This document shows, piece after piece, positions 1 through 12,700 of a stretch of 64,000 bases of DNA; position 1 is the stretch's first letter; every line of letters starts with the position of its first letter. The stretch is from Bugula neritina (Eukaryota; Animalia; Bryozoa): assembly GCA_964035545.1 (NCBI GenBank), contig OZ037772.1:8673150-8737149 (forward strand), read 5' to 3'. A program made the position numbers and the translations under genes. The notes under the pieces were generated by a model that saw nothing but the letters and a program-made list of their open reading frames with translations, was not told the DNA's origin and searched no databases.

Positions 1-784
1 TGTAAATAAACACTTTTATGTTACTGTTATGCTTTACTATACATTACAATACCTTATTAACACATTTTCTACTTGCTTAAGTTTTCTACTTCATTTAATT
101 TAATACTCTAAGTGAAAGCTTTCTTGCTGCTTTACTGTATTAAGTATTGATGTCTCATAGTCATTACATTTGTGGCAGTGTTTGCATGCAGTTGGTCTAT
201 AATGAAAAAATTGTTCCCATTTAAAAGAAATAAGTTTTCATAGAAAATTATGAACGTTAGTTATTACAAATTTCTTGCTTTAAGATTATGATGTACCTAA
301 AAATATTTACAAACTAAATCTTGAGATTTTGGCGATATTTTATTTTAAATTGTTATATCATTGTTGCTTTACACTCTTACATATCATACTTAGGTCAGTT
401 GCAATTAAATACATGGAATTATTAGTCCATAACCATTTTAGACTGTTTTATATGATGACTTCATTTCTGTACTGTTTCAAATATATGAATTTTAGTAAAT
501 ATAAAAACAAGTTTCAGAATTCTTTTCCAAAAGTCAAGGCTGAGACCAGCAGATAAAATTATTTGAGGTCTTATTCTCTAACAGGAAAAACAACTTGTAA
601 AACAAGTTGAGTTTTACAAGCTATATTTCTCAATTTATATTTCAAGCGCACCTTGCTATTAGCTCAAAACTCTGAATAACTGAAAAAATTCAAGATATTC
701 TGAATTTTCTTATTCAATACAGATCGTAGCCAAAGTTTTAAGAGTTATCATCTCCCAGAGAGACATGATATTTATATATTATAG

Positions 785-3700
785 CCTCTTTGTCACACTG
801 TAGAGTTGCTGGAAATGCTGCGTATATTATTGGAACTATTGCTGAATCTGCAGCTGGTAGAGACAGAGTTATCTCCCTCACCGAGAGCCGCCATATTGAA
901 AAGAAGAACATCTTGCCTGACCTCGTCAGCCTACTCAGCTCCAGTGATGACGAGAGCGTTATGAACGCTGCCGGTACTATTGGGACGTTAGCCGAATCAG
1001 ATGAAGTGAGAACATGTCTTTAACTGTACAAGTTGATGATTTAATTGTATAACAAGTAAAACTGGATAAACAAGATTCTTATAACCATATTAGGAAGTTT
1101 TCTTAGGTTAAAACTAAAGCTGCATGTATACAGGCCGATTTTTCATTAAAATCGGCCGATAAACTGTCTGACGATTTTATAAACAACTTAATGATTCAAT
1201 TGTAATAAGTATAAGGAAAATTCTTTCAACACCTTATTAGGCGGTTTTCTTAGGAACTAAGTAATATTGTTATTGCTAGGTTTTTTTGAGAAAGCAGAGA
1301 GGGAGATGACTACCATTCTTTTATTAGTTGGGAAATTATTTTTTCTAACCTGATACAATTTTATGACAATAATATATGCTTATGATGCTTTTATTTATGT
1401 TTAGTACAAGTAATTTTTTTTTGCAAAAACTGTTTCAATGTTGCGATATATTTTACTTTTTAAAGATGATAATATTTAGACTATTTGAGACTTTGTACCA
1501 GCGCTGTTACTATACAGCTAAAACAGTAGTAGCAGCAGTATTAGTGGTTTTAGCAATAACAAGAGCAGTTAAAATAGTAGTAGTAAAAGTAGCAGTCCCA
1601 ATAGCTTACTTTCTACTCATTTCCAGGGAAGAGACTGGTTACTGCAGGAGTCTTGCACTCAAAAACTGATAGAAAAAGTCACATCTTTGTTATCCAATGA
1701 GAATGATTTGACAGCCAGTAATGCGGCCTTAGTTCTTGCACGTCTCACTATATCGGAGAGGGGCTGCAAGCTGCTACTCAACAATCACTACAGTAAAACT
1801 ATTCTCTCACAGCTAATTGGCTCCCTGGGCTCTGATGAAGCTGGTTAGTGTATAAAACTATCAAAAACCTTTCAATTTGTTGGTCTTTTCTTTTTTAATT
1901 TGTAATTTGTAGTCTGAGAATTTCTATGAATTGCAGGTAAAGGGATGAATGCAGCTTTTGCTATTGGTAGACTGTGTGACATTCCTGAAGGCCGCGCTAT
2001 GCTACTTTCCCTTCCAGACTCTAAGAAGATGCTAATGCACTTAGGTACACTAATTAGTTCTAGTAATAAAAATAGTATGCCGGAGAGTAAAGTTATTCTA
2101 ACAGAACACAATTTAAATGCCTTGGAATACGTTGGGGGGGATTTTCTTGCATCATCACTTATATGCTAATCATGGCTTTTATGCAACTTGTTTTAGTAGA
2201 CCTTTTTTGCATTTTAATTTTCCTATTAACAGGCTTTTATGAAACTCAATTTTCCAGCTGATCGTTTTTATCCACCGGAAACACATTTTTAACAAGACTA
2301 AACTATTTAGATTTTGATTAATCTGTCAGTTCTTTTTGATAGTGAGTCACCATGACTTTGATAAAACACTCACCATCAAGTTGATAATGACTTTCCAATG
2401 AATCACACCATTGTGATAATGAGTCACCTTGAAGTTGATAATGAATCAACATGACTTTTAAGTAAATCACATCATTTTTATAATCGAATGACTCACAGAA
2501 AACTTTGCTATATTTACAGGCACCATGCTGTGTTCGAATGACACTGGCTCCAGTAAGAATGCTTGTTTTGCTATTAGCTGCTTAGCCTCTAGCGCAGACG
2601 GCCATGATAGATTGATGAGTCATTCCTTGTGTGATAAAATGATATTGACATTAGTGCAGCTCCTAAACTCTTCAGATCTTGAGACTGGGTGGTTTGCTGC
2701 CATGTAAGTAGTGTACCCATATTTTGTTTATAAACAGTAAGGGACCGAAGCTTTTAACATTCCTACAGTTATGAAAAAATATTTTACAATAAATGTAAAG
2801 CTGATTAGAAATTTTGACTATATTACAAAACGATGTATTCAGCAAAAATTTACTAATGAATATTATAGATGTATTATAGTGAAGTGTATAATGTTATGAC
2901 TAAATTAAGGGGTAGACTATAACTATAACTAGCGCACTTGAAAGCTGTATAACTTAGTTAAAATATGTTGACCGCATTTTGAAATATAGTGTATGCTATG
3001 ATTGTGCATCAGTGACGGTGATCCTTAAACTGAGTATCCTTCTTTTTTGGTTTCAGGACCTTGAGAACGTTTTCTAGTCGCCCAAAAGGCTGTATAAAAA
3101 TGAGAGAATTGAACAAAGTGGTGCCAAGTTTACAGATAGTGGCCATGAAATGTCGCCATAATGAGGATATGATTTCAGAGGTATGAGACAACTCCTAATT
3201 GTTGTTTTTGTTATTTAGTGTCTTGGATTTACATCTATCACAGTGTCTGGTATATTTATAGGTTTGCCCCATTATATCCAGGATATTTTTTCCACTGCTT
3301 GAATATTCACACCAAGTCTCTTAGAATGTAGCTGCCGGTTACTGTTTCATCAATACAAGTAACAACTATTGTTTTACAGGTTGAAAAGACGCTAGAAATT
3401 TTAAAGTTGTTGGATAAACCCAGTCCACCTGTGATCACTGTACTTGGACCACGCAGCGTTCATGTAACGTGGAGTGAAGTTACCACAAAGACTGGTCTTC
3501 CTGTTTTCTACAAACTTTTAGAGGGTGAGTAGCCGGTGTCAGAGGATGAATAGCAGTGACAGGTGTCAGAGGGGGGGGGGGGGTGAGTAAAAGCAGCAGG
3601 TGTCAAGTATTGGAGGGAGAGTAGCAAGCAGGTGTTAATTTTCAGAGGGAGGGCGAGTGGAAGTGGCAGTTGTTGGAGAGTGAATAGAAGTGGCAGGTGT

Positions 3701-6700
3701 CAGTTATTGGAAAAAGGGTGAATAGTAATAGCAGGTGTCAGTTGTAGGAGGGAGTGTGAAGGGTGATAGCAGGTGTCAGTTGTAGGAGAGAGTGAGTAGT
3801 AGTGGCAGGTTCTCTGAAGGTGGCAGTTGAGTATGCCTCTTCAGTATTTTAGGATTATGTCTATCAATGATCAACATATTTACTTGCTTATGACTCTATA
3901 GTTGCAGCTAAAGTTATGGCATTGCCATTTCTGACAGCTTTAGTTTATTGGAACCAAATTTGTGTTGAAAAGTTGCTAATTTACCAAGTATAAAATTAAG
4001 ATATTTGCAATAATTGTGGTAGTTGTCAACCCACTGCAAATATTATTGTTTTAAAGGTGAATTGAATTTAGTAGACGTAATATGTGTTAGTTTTATAGTT
4101 ATGGCTGATTAGAAAAAAAGATAACTAGTGTTTAAACTAAAACTTATTATACACTGAAAACAAAGAAATACAAAATATGTAAACCCCATATAATTAGCAA
4201 CTCTGGGATAGTATCTTAAGAAAGGCAACTAGTGGATTTTTAAAATCAAAATTAGCTTCTAAAAAAAAGCAATACATTTTGTTTGTCGTTTATTAGAAAA
4301 AAGTAAATTATTGTGCGAGCCAATTACAGAAAAAGAAATTGAAAAGCACACTAATTTAATAAAAAGTTGGAAAAATGTTTCAATTTAAAAATATTTATAG
4401 AAAAAAAGGAATAAATTAAAATTTTCTGAAAACAGGCATGATTGTTTGATTGATACTTTTCTCTACGTCCAAAATATGCATTCTGTAACTAGCATTGCTT
4501 GCTTTACATCAACTTTCTTAGCAACACATGTCTTTAACAGCTCATCTGCCAGGATATAATTGTCATTAGTAAAGGTAGCACCTTGGGGCATGTGTCTAGA
4601 GGTGACAGCTGTCATACATAGCTGCTGTTTTTCACTAAAATGATAACAGAATACATGCGCCATTAAAGGGATTTTAATGCAGTCTGGGAGAACATTTAAT
4701 ACAAGTATCGTTGAGCATTAAATATTACACTAAAGCATTTGTCATAATACTAACTGGATTTGCTTATGGGCCTCACTTCATTGAAATTTCATCAAATTTC
4801 TAAGTTTTTATATAAGCATTTGCAATGGGCTAAAAGCAAATCATTATATAACATAGGTAAACCCAATTACTGATTAATAAGTTCAGTGAAGGCTGTAAAG
4901 TGGTGTAACATTTTAAAACTATTTTATCACTCTGCATTTACAATAAAACATTCGGATTATGATGGAACTTTTAAAAACTCCTGAAATTGTGGGAACTTAT
5001 AAAATTAAATGAATCTTAGACCGAAAAATATACATGATTTAAAATGCACAGCAGTTTAAAGAAGCAACTAAAAACAAACCTATTCCATCAATGATAGTGA
5101 ACGCCTTGTAAGCCAGAGCAGAGAGTGTACTTATCATTAGCAGAATCACCCAATCAGGGCATGATGGTAGTACTAAGGTCACGACCCTGAAACAATGACA
5201 ACTTATAGCTAGCACAGTTTAGCTACATGTCTAGAATTAGGCTGTGTGGAGATATGGATCAACAACATTCTATTAAATTCTAAAGCCCACAAGAAGTCAA
5301 CTTTATTAAACCAACTTGTTACATATCAATTAAAATACTGATGCGCTAGCTGCCAAAAACATCAGAAATAAGGTTGAGAAGACAATTCCCAAAGATGAAA
5401 ACATGAGTAGGAATAATCTGACATTCCATGCACAAGTAAACGCTAGATATCTGTAGGTCACAAAGCATGAACATTTTCAATATTCCCATAAATTTTGAAG
5501 AAATTGCTAGTAATATTTTCAAATTAGTGATTTTGCTTGTTTTATATTTTGGCCAGCACCAAGCGTGGACAAAATATTTGCAGTGAAAAATGACTAAAAA
5601 TCCTATATTTATAGTTTTACTTTTACATTTAAAACTGAAATCGTATTAACAATTTGAAATGAATTGAATTTTTGCTTAGTTTGTTCTGCGTTTTTCCATA
5701 CAGGCATAAAAATACAGCATCTAATGTTATTTGAGCTTTTAACGTACCTGCATAAGCCAAGGTATATAACAATGATAGCTACAGTTATGAAGATATCTCT
5801 AACTGTGAATAATACCTCTTCCAGCGTCAAAGCTGTCTGCAAAATGAAAATCAGAGTTAGATCTGTCATTTATATGAGACTTAAATTTTATCATATGACA
5901 ATCCAATGATTGTTTTAAGACTGAAACTCTGAATGGAGCAGATATTTAGAATTTTTTTGGATATATATATAAGTACGAATTCACTTAATAAGACTTTAAA
6001 AAAGTGTCATTTTTCAGATTCTGCTTTTAAATTATCTTTTAAACAGTTAACAAATAAGCAAATAAAAAAGGATATTAAAATTTACAAGTCAATTCATATT
6101 TACTTTAGGTTTTGCAAGGGCTAATTGAATTATAAATTTAAATATTTTCAATTAATTTGAGAAGTTTTTAAACTGATGCTTAGAGAAATAGTATAGCAGA
6201 CAACTCCTTTACCTGGCCATCAGCGCTGATAGGTTTTCTAGTGGCAGCCATAGGTGACATCGTCAGCAATGTTAGGGCCAATAAAGTTAGTTCCATTTTC
6301 GTTATTTTTCGTGTTGACACACACCTTTGTGAATATACCATTTCATTTTAATATATATTAGCAGCAATTAGTTTTTTGCTACATACAGCACTTCGTTATT
6401 TAACTGCATGCATGTAGGTGCTATATGGATTATAAACAATAACTTAAAAAAGCACTGCTATTAACAGCTGACAAAAATGCTGCTACTTTTTACAGTTTAT
6501 TTAACTTCAAGTTAGAAGTGCAGTGTGTATTAATTTTATTAACTGATGTAGCCTTATTTTTGGCTGTAAAATTAATTTTAATTTAAATTTTAATGTACAA
6601 TCATAAAATAAATTTTTATATCAAATTTAGATGATTTAAATATTTTTGTTATAACTATTTTTATTAAATTTAATTTTGTCATAATGATAAAATATTAGTT

Positions 6701-9700
6701 ATTACTAATTTAGTCACTTGATTTAACTATTAGTATTAGTATCACTAGTATGAGTATGAGTAGCTATTACTATTAGTATTAGTATTACTATTAGTATTAG
6801 CATTCCTTCAAGTTCAATTTAAACTTAAAGTTAATTAGTATTACTTAATCTTATACTTATAGTTATACTTTAAGTTTAACTTGTTGAGTATAGTTAGACT
6901 TACTCTTAGTATAACATTAGTCATTAAGATTAAGTTTAACAGTTAACTATAACTTAAATTTATTAATATTACTATTACATTACTATTAGTATTACTATTA
7001 GTATTATTGTATAAAAGATAACTCATTAGCTGCATAACTTTAAAGTTTAAGTACCACTATTAGTATTAGTATTAGTACAACTATAAGTATGCCTGTAAGA
7101 CTAAGTGTAAGTGTAAGACTAAGTATTAGAATTTCAATTTAAAACTCAAAGTCAAACTGACAGTCACAGTGACCGTGACTGCTGACACTGACAGTGAAAG
7201 ATAGAACACTTCAGTTGTGAGTTGAAGGATAGAACACTTCAGTTGAAAGATAGAAAGTCATTTAAGTACAGTTTTGTGCAATAACCTAGATAATAATTTG
7301 TTGCAATGCCAATTTCCATTGTAGCCGTAAATCTCTTTAACCACTATCATTCAATATGATTACGTTAAAGTTTATAGTTTACAGTTTTAGTTTACACTGT
7401 CAGATTACATCGTGTTAATTTAAATGTGCCGCATATTGAATTGACCTCTTCATTACAACTGCTATAATGGCAGTATAATCGTGCGTTTTCATTCTTGGTT
7501 TAGGGCTGTGCTGAAAATGAATTCCTAATATTTTAAACAGTAATAAATTTATAAATTTTGTGAGCAACCAGCTTTAATTTACCAAATTAAATATACATAA
7601 GAAACATAATCACATGTGTTGATCAAATATCAAAATTGGTTTAAATGTTGTGTTAAAATCGAGAGTTTTAATATGTTATTATAATCAAACATGTAAAGTC
7701 GTATCATCACTACGTGCAACTGAATGGTTTATAAATTAATAAATAATGGGACCACTGAGCTGGAATAGACCTGGAGAGGCCAAGGACGTTTTAGCATGGC
7801 CAAATAGTTTAGCTCCGCCTTAACATGGAAAACTTAACCACGCCTACTTGTTTTGCACGCAGTAGTAGTAAAATCCATTATAAATGCAAGCTATTAGAGC
7901 TTATAAATTGAGGTTAACACTAAAAAATAATGAAAATTCAGCAATGTGAAGCAGGAACCAATTATTTTGTTTATTTTACTTTTGGTATTTGTAATTTCAT
8001 GACTAATTATCATTTTATAAAGCATGTACCTCAAGTATATATGATAATGACTTTAATAACCTAACAAATGCATTACATATTTATTGATTAGATCAACACA
8101 TTAGTCAAAATTAAATGAAAAGCAACAGCAAAGCAAATTTCAGCCTTAGTACATGAACACTGGCAGTAAGGATAACAAGTATAAAAGTTTATAAATAATA
8201 TAAAAAAACCGGTGGTAAGACACAGCTTTACAACACAGACAAGTAACAGATTTCCTTAAACCTTTCAAAGTTTTAAATTCTGTTTTCAAGTGCTAATTTG
8301 AAAGCAATAAGTGATTACAATAGAATTACAGAATAAACAAAAAATAATATTATATTGCAATAACAATATTTGTTATCATCTAATGTTATAATATAAATAC
8401 TGTTGTAATAACTTCTTAACGATTAATTACCCACATCCTTATTACTGGCCTCTAAACAGTACACTTTTGTTGCTACATTGCCTGAAATTTAGTTTGTGCA
8501 TAGCAATATTTGTTAGTTTAGCAATGTGGTGCTGAAATAAGTCATAATATACTTCAATGAGTAAATTTAAAAGGGAGAAATGATGATTTTCGATGCCTAA
8601 TGATGTCTCCATGAATAGCAGTTGTGCTATCTAATGGCTTAGAATTTCCTGAGTTGCCTGGATGTACACCACATCGGGTCACCAATTTTCTAAAGATAGA
8701 CTGAAAGCCAGTAACAGATGCGTTATTATTCCATCCACCTAAAACAGATATTAAAAAAATGCTTGGGCATCAATTGCCTGTTCACAATTAATGATTGGAT
8801 TATGTTTACCCAGAAAAAATGATGTTTTTTAGAACACAAGCAAAACCTTGCATGCAATTAAGCCAAAAAAGTCATTTAATTAAAAAATGCACAATTGCTT
8901 TGACACCACAGTTTTGGAAATTTTTGAAAATTCATTATCTTTGTCTCTTGGTATTCAAAAGTTAATAAAATATACTTCATATTGCATGCATTTTAACCGC
9001 TAAGCTCATGCAAAAAAATTCACTTTTCAACACAGTTGGTCCAACCGACCATCTTAGTTGCACCTATCAAAGCAAAGTGAAAAACCGAACACCTGAAGGA
9101 AAGAGATAAGAGAGTAAGAGAACAAATAAACATGTTAACATAAGTGGATGCAGACTGGGCTTCATGCATAGCTGTTTAGAGCTATAGCATACCACAGCTC
9201 TAAATGGTCTTGCGAAAATTTATACATTAGCAGATAGTCGAGCGTTTTAGGCACCAACAGTTTCTCCACCAACCCAAATACTGTGTCAATGGCACATACA
9301 AGTCCAGTAATACAAACATGTCTGTAAATAACACAAATAGGGACAGGCGTATATTACATCTGAAATATAAGCAAGAGACACCTGAGTAGATGACACAATA
9401 AAGATATTAGTTCAACACTCAATTATAACTGCATTGCCAAAGTAGCGCTCTACTAGTAGTAGTAGTAGCAGTAGGCTAGTAGTAGTAGTAGTAGGCTAGT
9501 AGTAGTAGTAGTAGCAGTAGGCTAGTAGTAGTAGTAGTAGTAGTAGGCTAGTAGTGGTAGTAGCAGTAGGCTAGTAGTAGTAGTAGTAGCAGTAGGCTAG
9601 TAGTAGTAGTAGGCTAGTAGTAGTAGGCTAGTAGTAGTAGCAGTAGGCTAGTAGTAGTAGTAGTAGTAGTAGGCTAGTAGTAGTAGTAGTAGCAGTAGGC

Positions 9701-12700
9701 TAGTAGTAGTAGTAGTAGTAGTAGGCTAGTAGTAGTAGTAGTAGCAGTAGGCTAGTAGTAGCAGTAGGCTAGTAGTAGTAGTAGGCTAGTAGTAGTAGTA
9801 GTAGTAGTAGGCTAGTAGTGGTAGTAGCAGTAGGCTAGTAGTAGTAGTAGTAACAGTAGGCTAGTAGTAGTAGTAGTAGTAGGCTAGTAGTAGTAGTAGC
9901 AGTAGGCTAGTAGTAGTAGTAGGCTAGTAGTGGTAGTAGGCTAGTAGTGGTAGTAGCAGTAGGCTAGTAGTAGTAGTAGCAGGCTAGTACTAGTAGTAGT
10001 AGTAGCAGTAGGCTAGTAGTAGTACTAGTAGTAGTAGTACTAGTAGGCTAGTACTAGTACTAGTAGTAGCAGTAGGCTAGTAGTAGTAGTAGCAGTAGTA
10101 GTAGCCGTAGGCTAGTAGTAGTAGTAGTAGTAGTAGTAGTAGCAGCAGTAGTAGTAGTAGTAGTACTATCATACTGATACTGTAAGTATAACATTAGCCA
10201 TTAGCCTTAGGCTTAGCTATTAGTATTACTACTACTAGTAGTAGTAGTAGAGTACTACTAGTACTAGTACTACTAGTAGGCAGCAGCACCGCTACCACAA
10301 CTATTAAGCCTACTGTTACGCTAGTTCATGTATTACTTTCACTGATTGTTGTAACTAAAGCCATATACTTACTTGTGAAAAGAGATTTTTTTTGTCTTTA
10401 TGTAACTGCTGTACTGGTAGTTGCGGCAACTGTATGCACAACACTGAGACTCAGTGGTCTTGCTTCTTTGACCCTTAGTTTGCTTAGGATACGGAGAATT
10501 CGACATGTTTAACGAAGTAGAGGTGATAGAAAACACAATTAAATAAAAATATAGTCGCTTCAGATATAAAGCAGGACAAAAAACAAAGTTTAAAAGTGAG
10601 ATTCACTCAATCGAAATGATGGACGACCGGCTCTATTTTCTCCCGCTAGAAAAAGAGCATGCTCGGGCTCACAAAGCCAATCGGCAACGAGGTTACATTA
10701 CAAAGTACAATCGTACCCATTCCAGTTAATAATTATTGAGTTCATTGAATGGGACTATGATTCCCTTATTATAGCTCAAAGACCTCGCTATGCTACATGA
10801 AATGCGTCTGGGCGTGATTACTGTTTCTCAATAAGAAAGATCACGCGTTACAGTAGGCAGTTCTTTGTGGCTGCTCCATTATACTTCAATCTCATTCATT
10901 TCTTGTTGCTAACAACTGGCATTGCAGTTTTATTGGAAGAAATGACCAGACATCAGTCGATGACTGTTTTATTTGGCTTTAAGTAATTATTTATTCACGA
11001 TTAAACAGAAAAACTCACTTCAAAGCTAAATATTTATAATGAAAGCCTACGACTACTGTGTTGCTTTCCACTCATTCGCAATCATATGATTAGTAAGAGT
11101 CTGAGTACGGCTAATACTAATACTTAATAGTAATACTAATACTGAGTAATAGTAGCCTAATACTTATACTAATAGTGTCACAAAACTGTAGGTAGCAGTG
11201 TGACGAGTTCGAAAAGTCTGGTAGTCAGAAGTGTATAGACAAGTAGTATACAGCTTGCTAATCCAGTTGTGAATAAATAGAGTTGTGGGTATAAGTAGAC
11301 TTTATTCCTTTAGTAAGATATGCACAGATGAATTAATAAAAATGAACTCCAAGAATGAACTTATAAAAAAGGAACTGCGAGAATGAACTGCTTTGTAAAC
11401 ACAACTGCCCCAGTATTTATAGTAAACAAAAAACTCTAGAACATTCTCAAGCATTCCAGTATAGAAGATTCTAGTAGGAAACATTCCCCACATGCCAATA
11501 CTATTTATAGAAAATCAAAACAAAACAAAACACTGGAATTTCCATGGTTATTTCGCAATTATTGCGCAATACCTTGTTTACATTGCTGGGCAGTAGTTAA
11601 CATGACTAACCAAAACAGTAACAATGAACAATGACCCATCTCTTTGATTAGTCTAGAATATTTATGAACATTCCTGTATAATCATTAGGAAAAACCCGGT
11701 AAGTCTATTTATAGGTATATGTACACTCAGAATTTGTGACAAATAGTAATACTAATAGTAATACTAATACTAATAGTAATACTAATACACTATAGTGATA
11801 CTGATAGTCTATACTATACAGTGATACTGATAGTAATACTAATACTACTACTACTAGTCATACTTTAACTCATACTCATAGTCATACTGATACTCATACT
11901 CATAGTCACAGTGATAGTCATACTCATACTCTTAGTTATAGTCATACTCATAGTCATAGTGATACCGTAATGTTCGCCATCATCACTATGACTATCATTG
12001 TCATTGCAATTGTCACTTTGTGGTTAACAGTTAAACTTGATATAAATTGAAAATAGATATTGTAAATATATGATTACTCATTAACCATTATGATTATGAT
12101 GATGATAAGTTATTAGCGTCACTAAATGTAATACTAATACTAATAGTATAACTTGTATGAATATCAATATCTATTATTTTCAACTTGAAACGTAGCTCTT
12201 ACTTTGACTTTCAATAACTGAGTTCGAGTTTAGGAAAATTGACTTGTAAGTTAAAGTACTTCACTTACTGATCAATAGCGAATTTAAAATGCTCTTTGAA
12301 GTTTAGCCCTAAAAGCAAGCAAGTGTTGATTGGGTATAAATTTTAGCTTTTGTATAGCATAATTTTAGGTTAAAAGTTAGTATGTCTAGGTTATTTTCTG
12401 GTGACTACCCCATTAAACCCAGTTGAAAAAATCGAGCTTTTTAGTGTAATAAAGTTTTCAACATTAGCTCACACTTATGTACTTTTTATGTTTTCATATT
12501 AATAAATACTAAAGTGACTTCTAAGACAGCATATACTCTTTTGATTGTTTTGCAAATCTGACATCTTTTTTTCCAGTTCTAAGATATCAGCATATTGAAA
12601 ATATAGTAACACATAGTAGCCATAGTTATAGTTACATAGCACATTATGAGTTCTATATAAAAGCTTGATAATCGAAAATAGATACTCTAAACTCTAAAGT

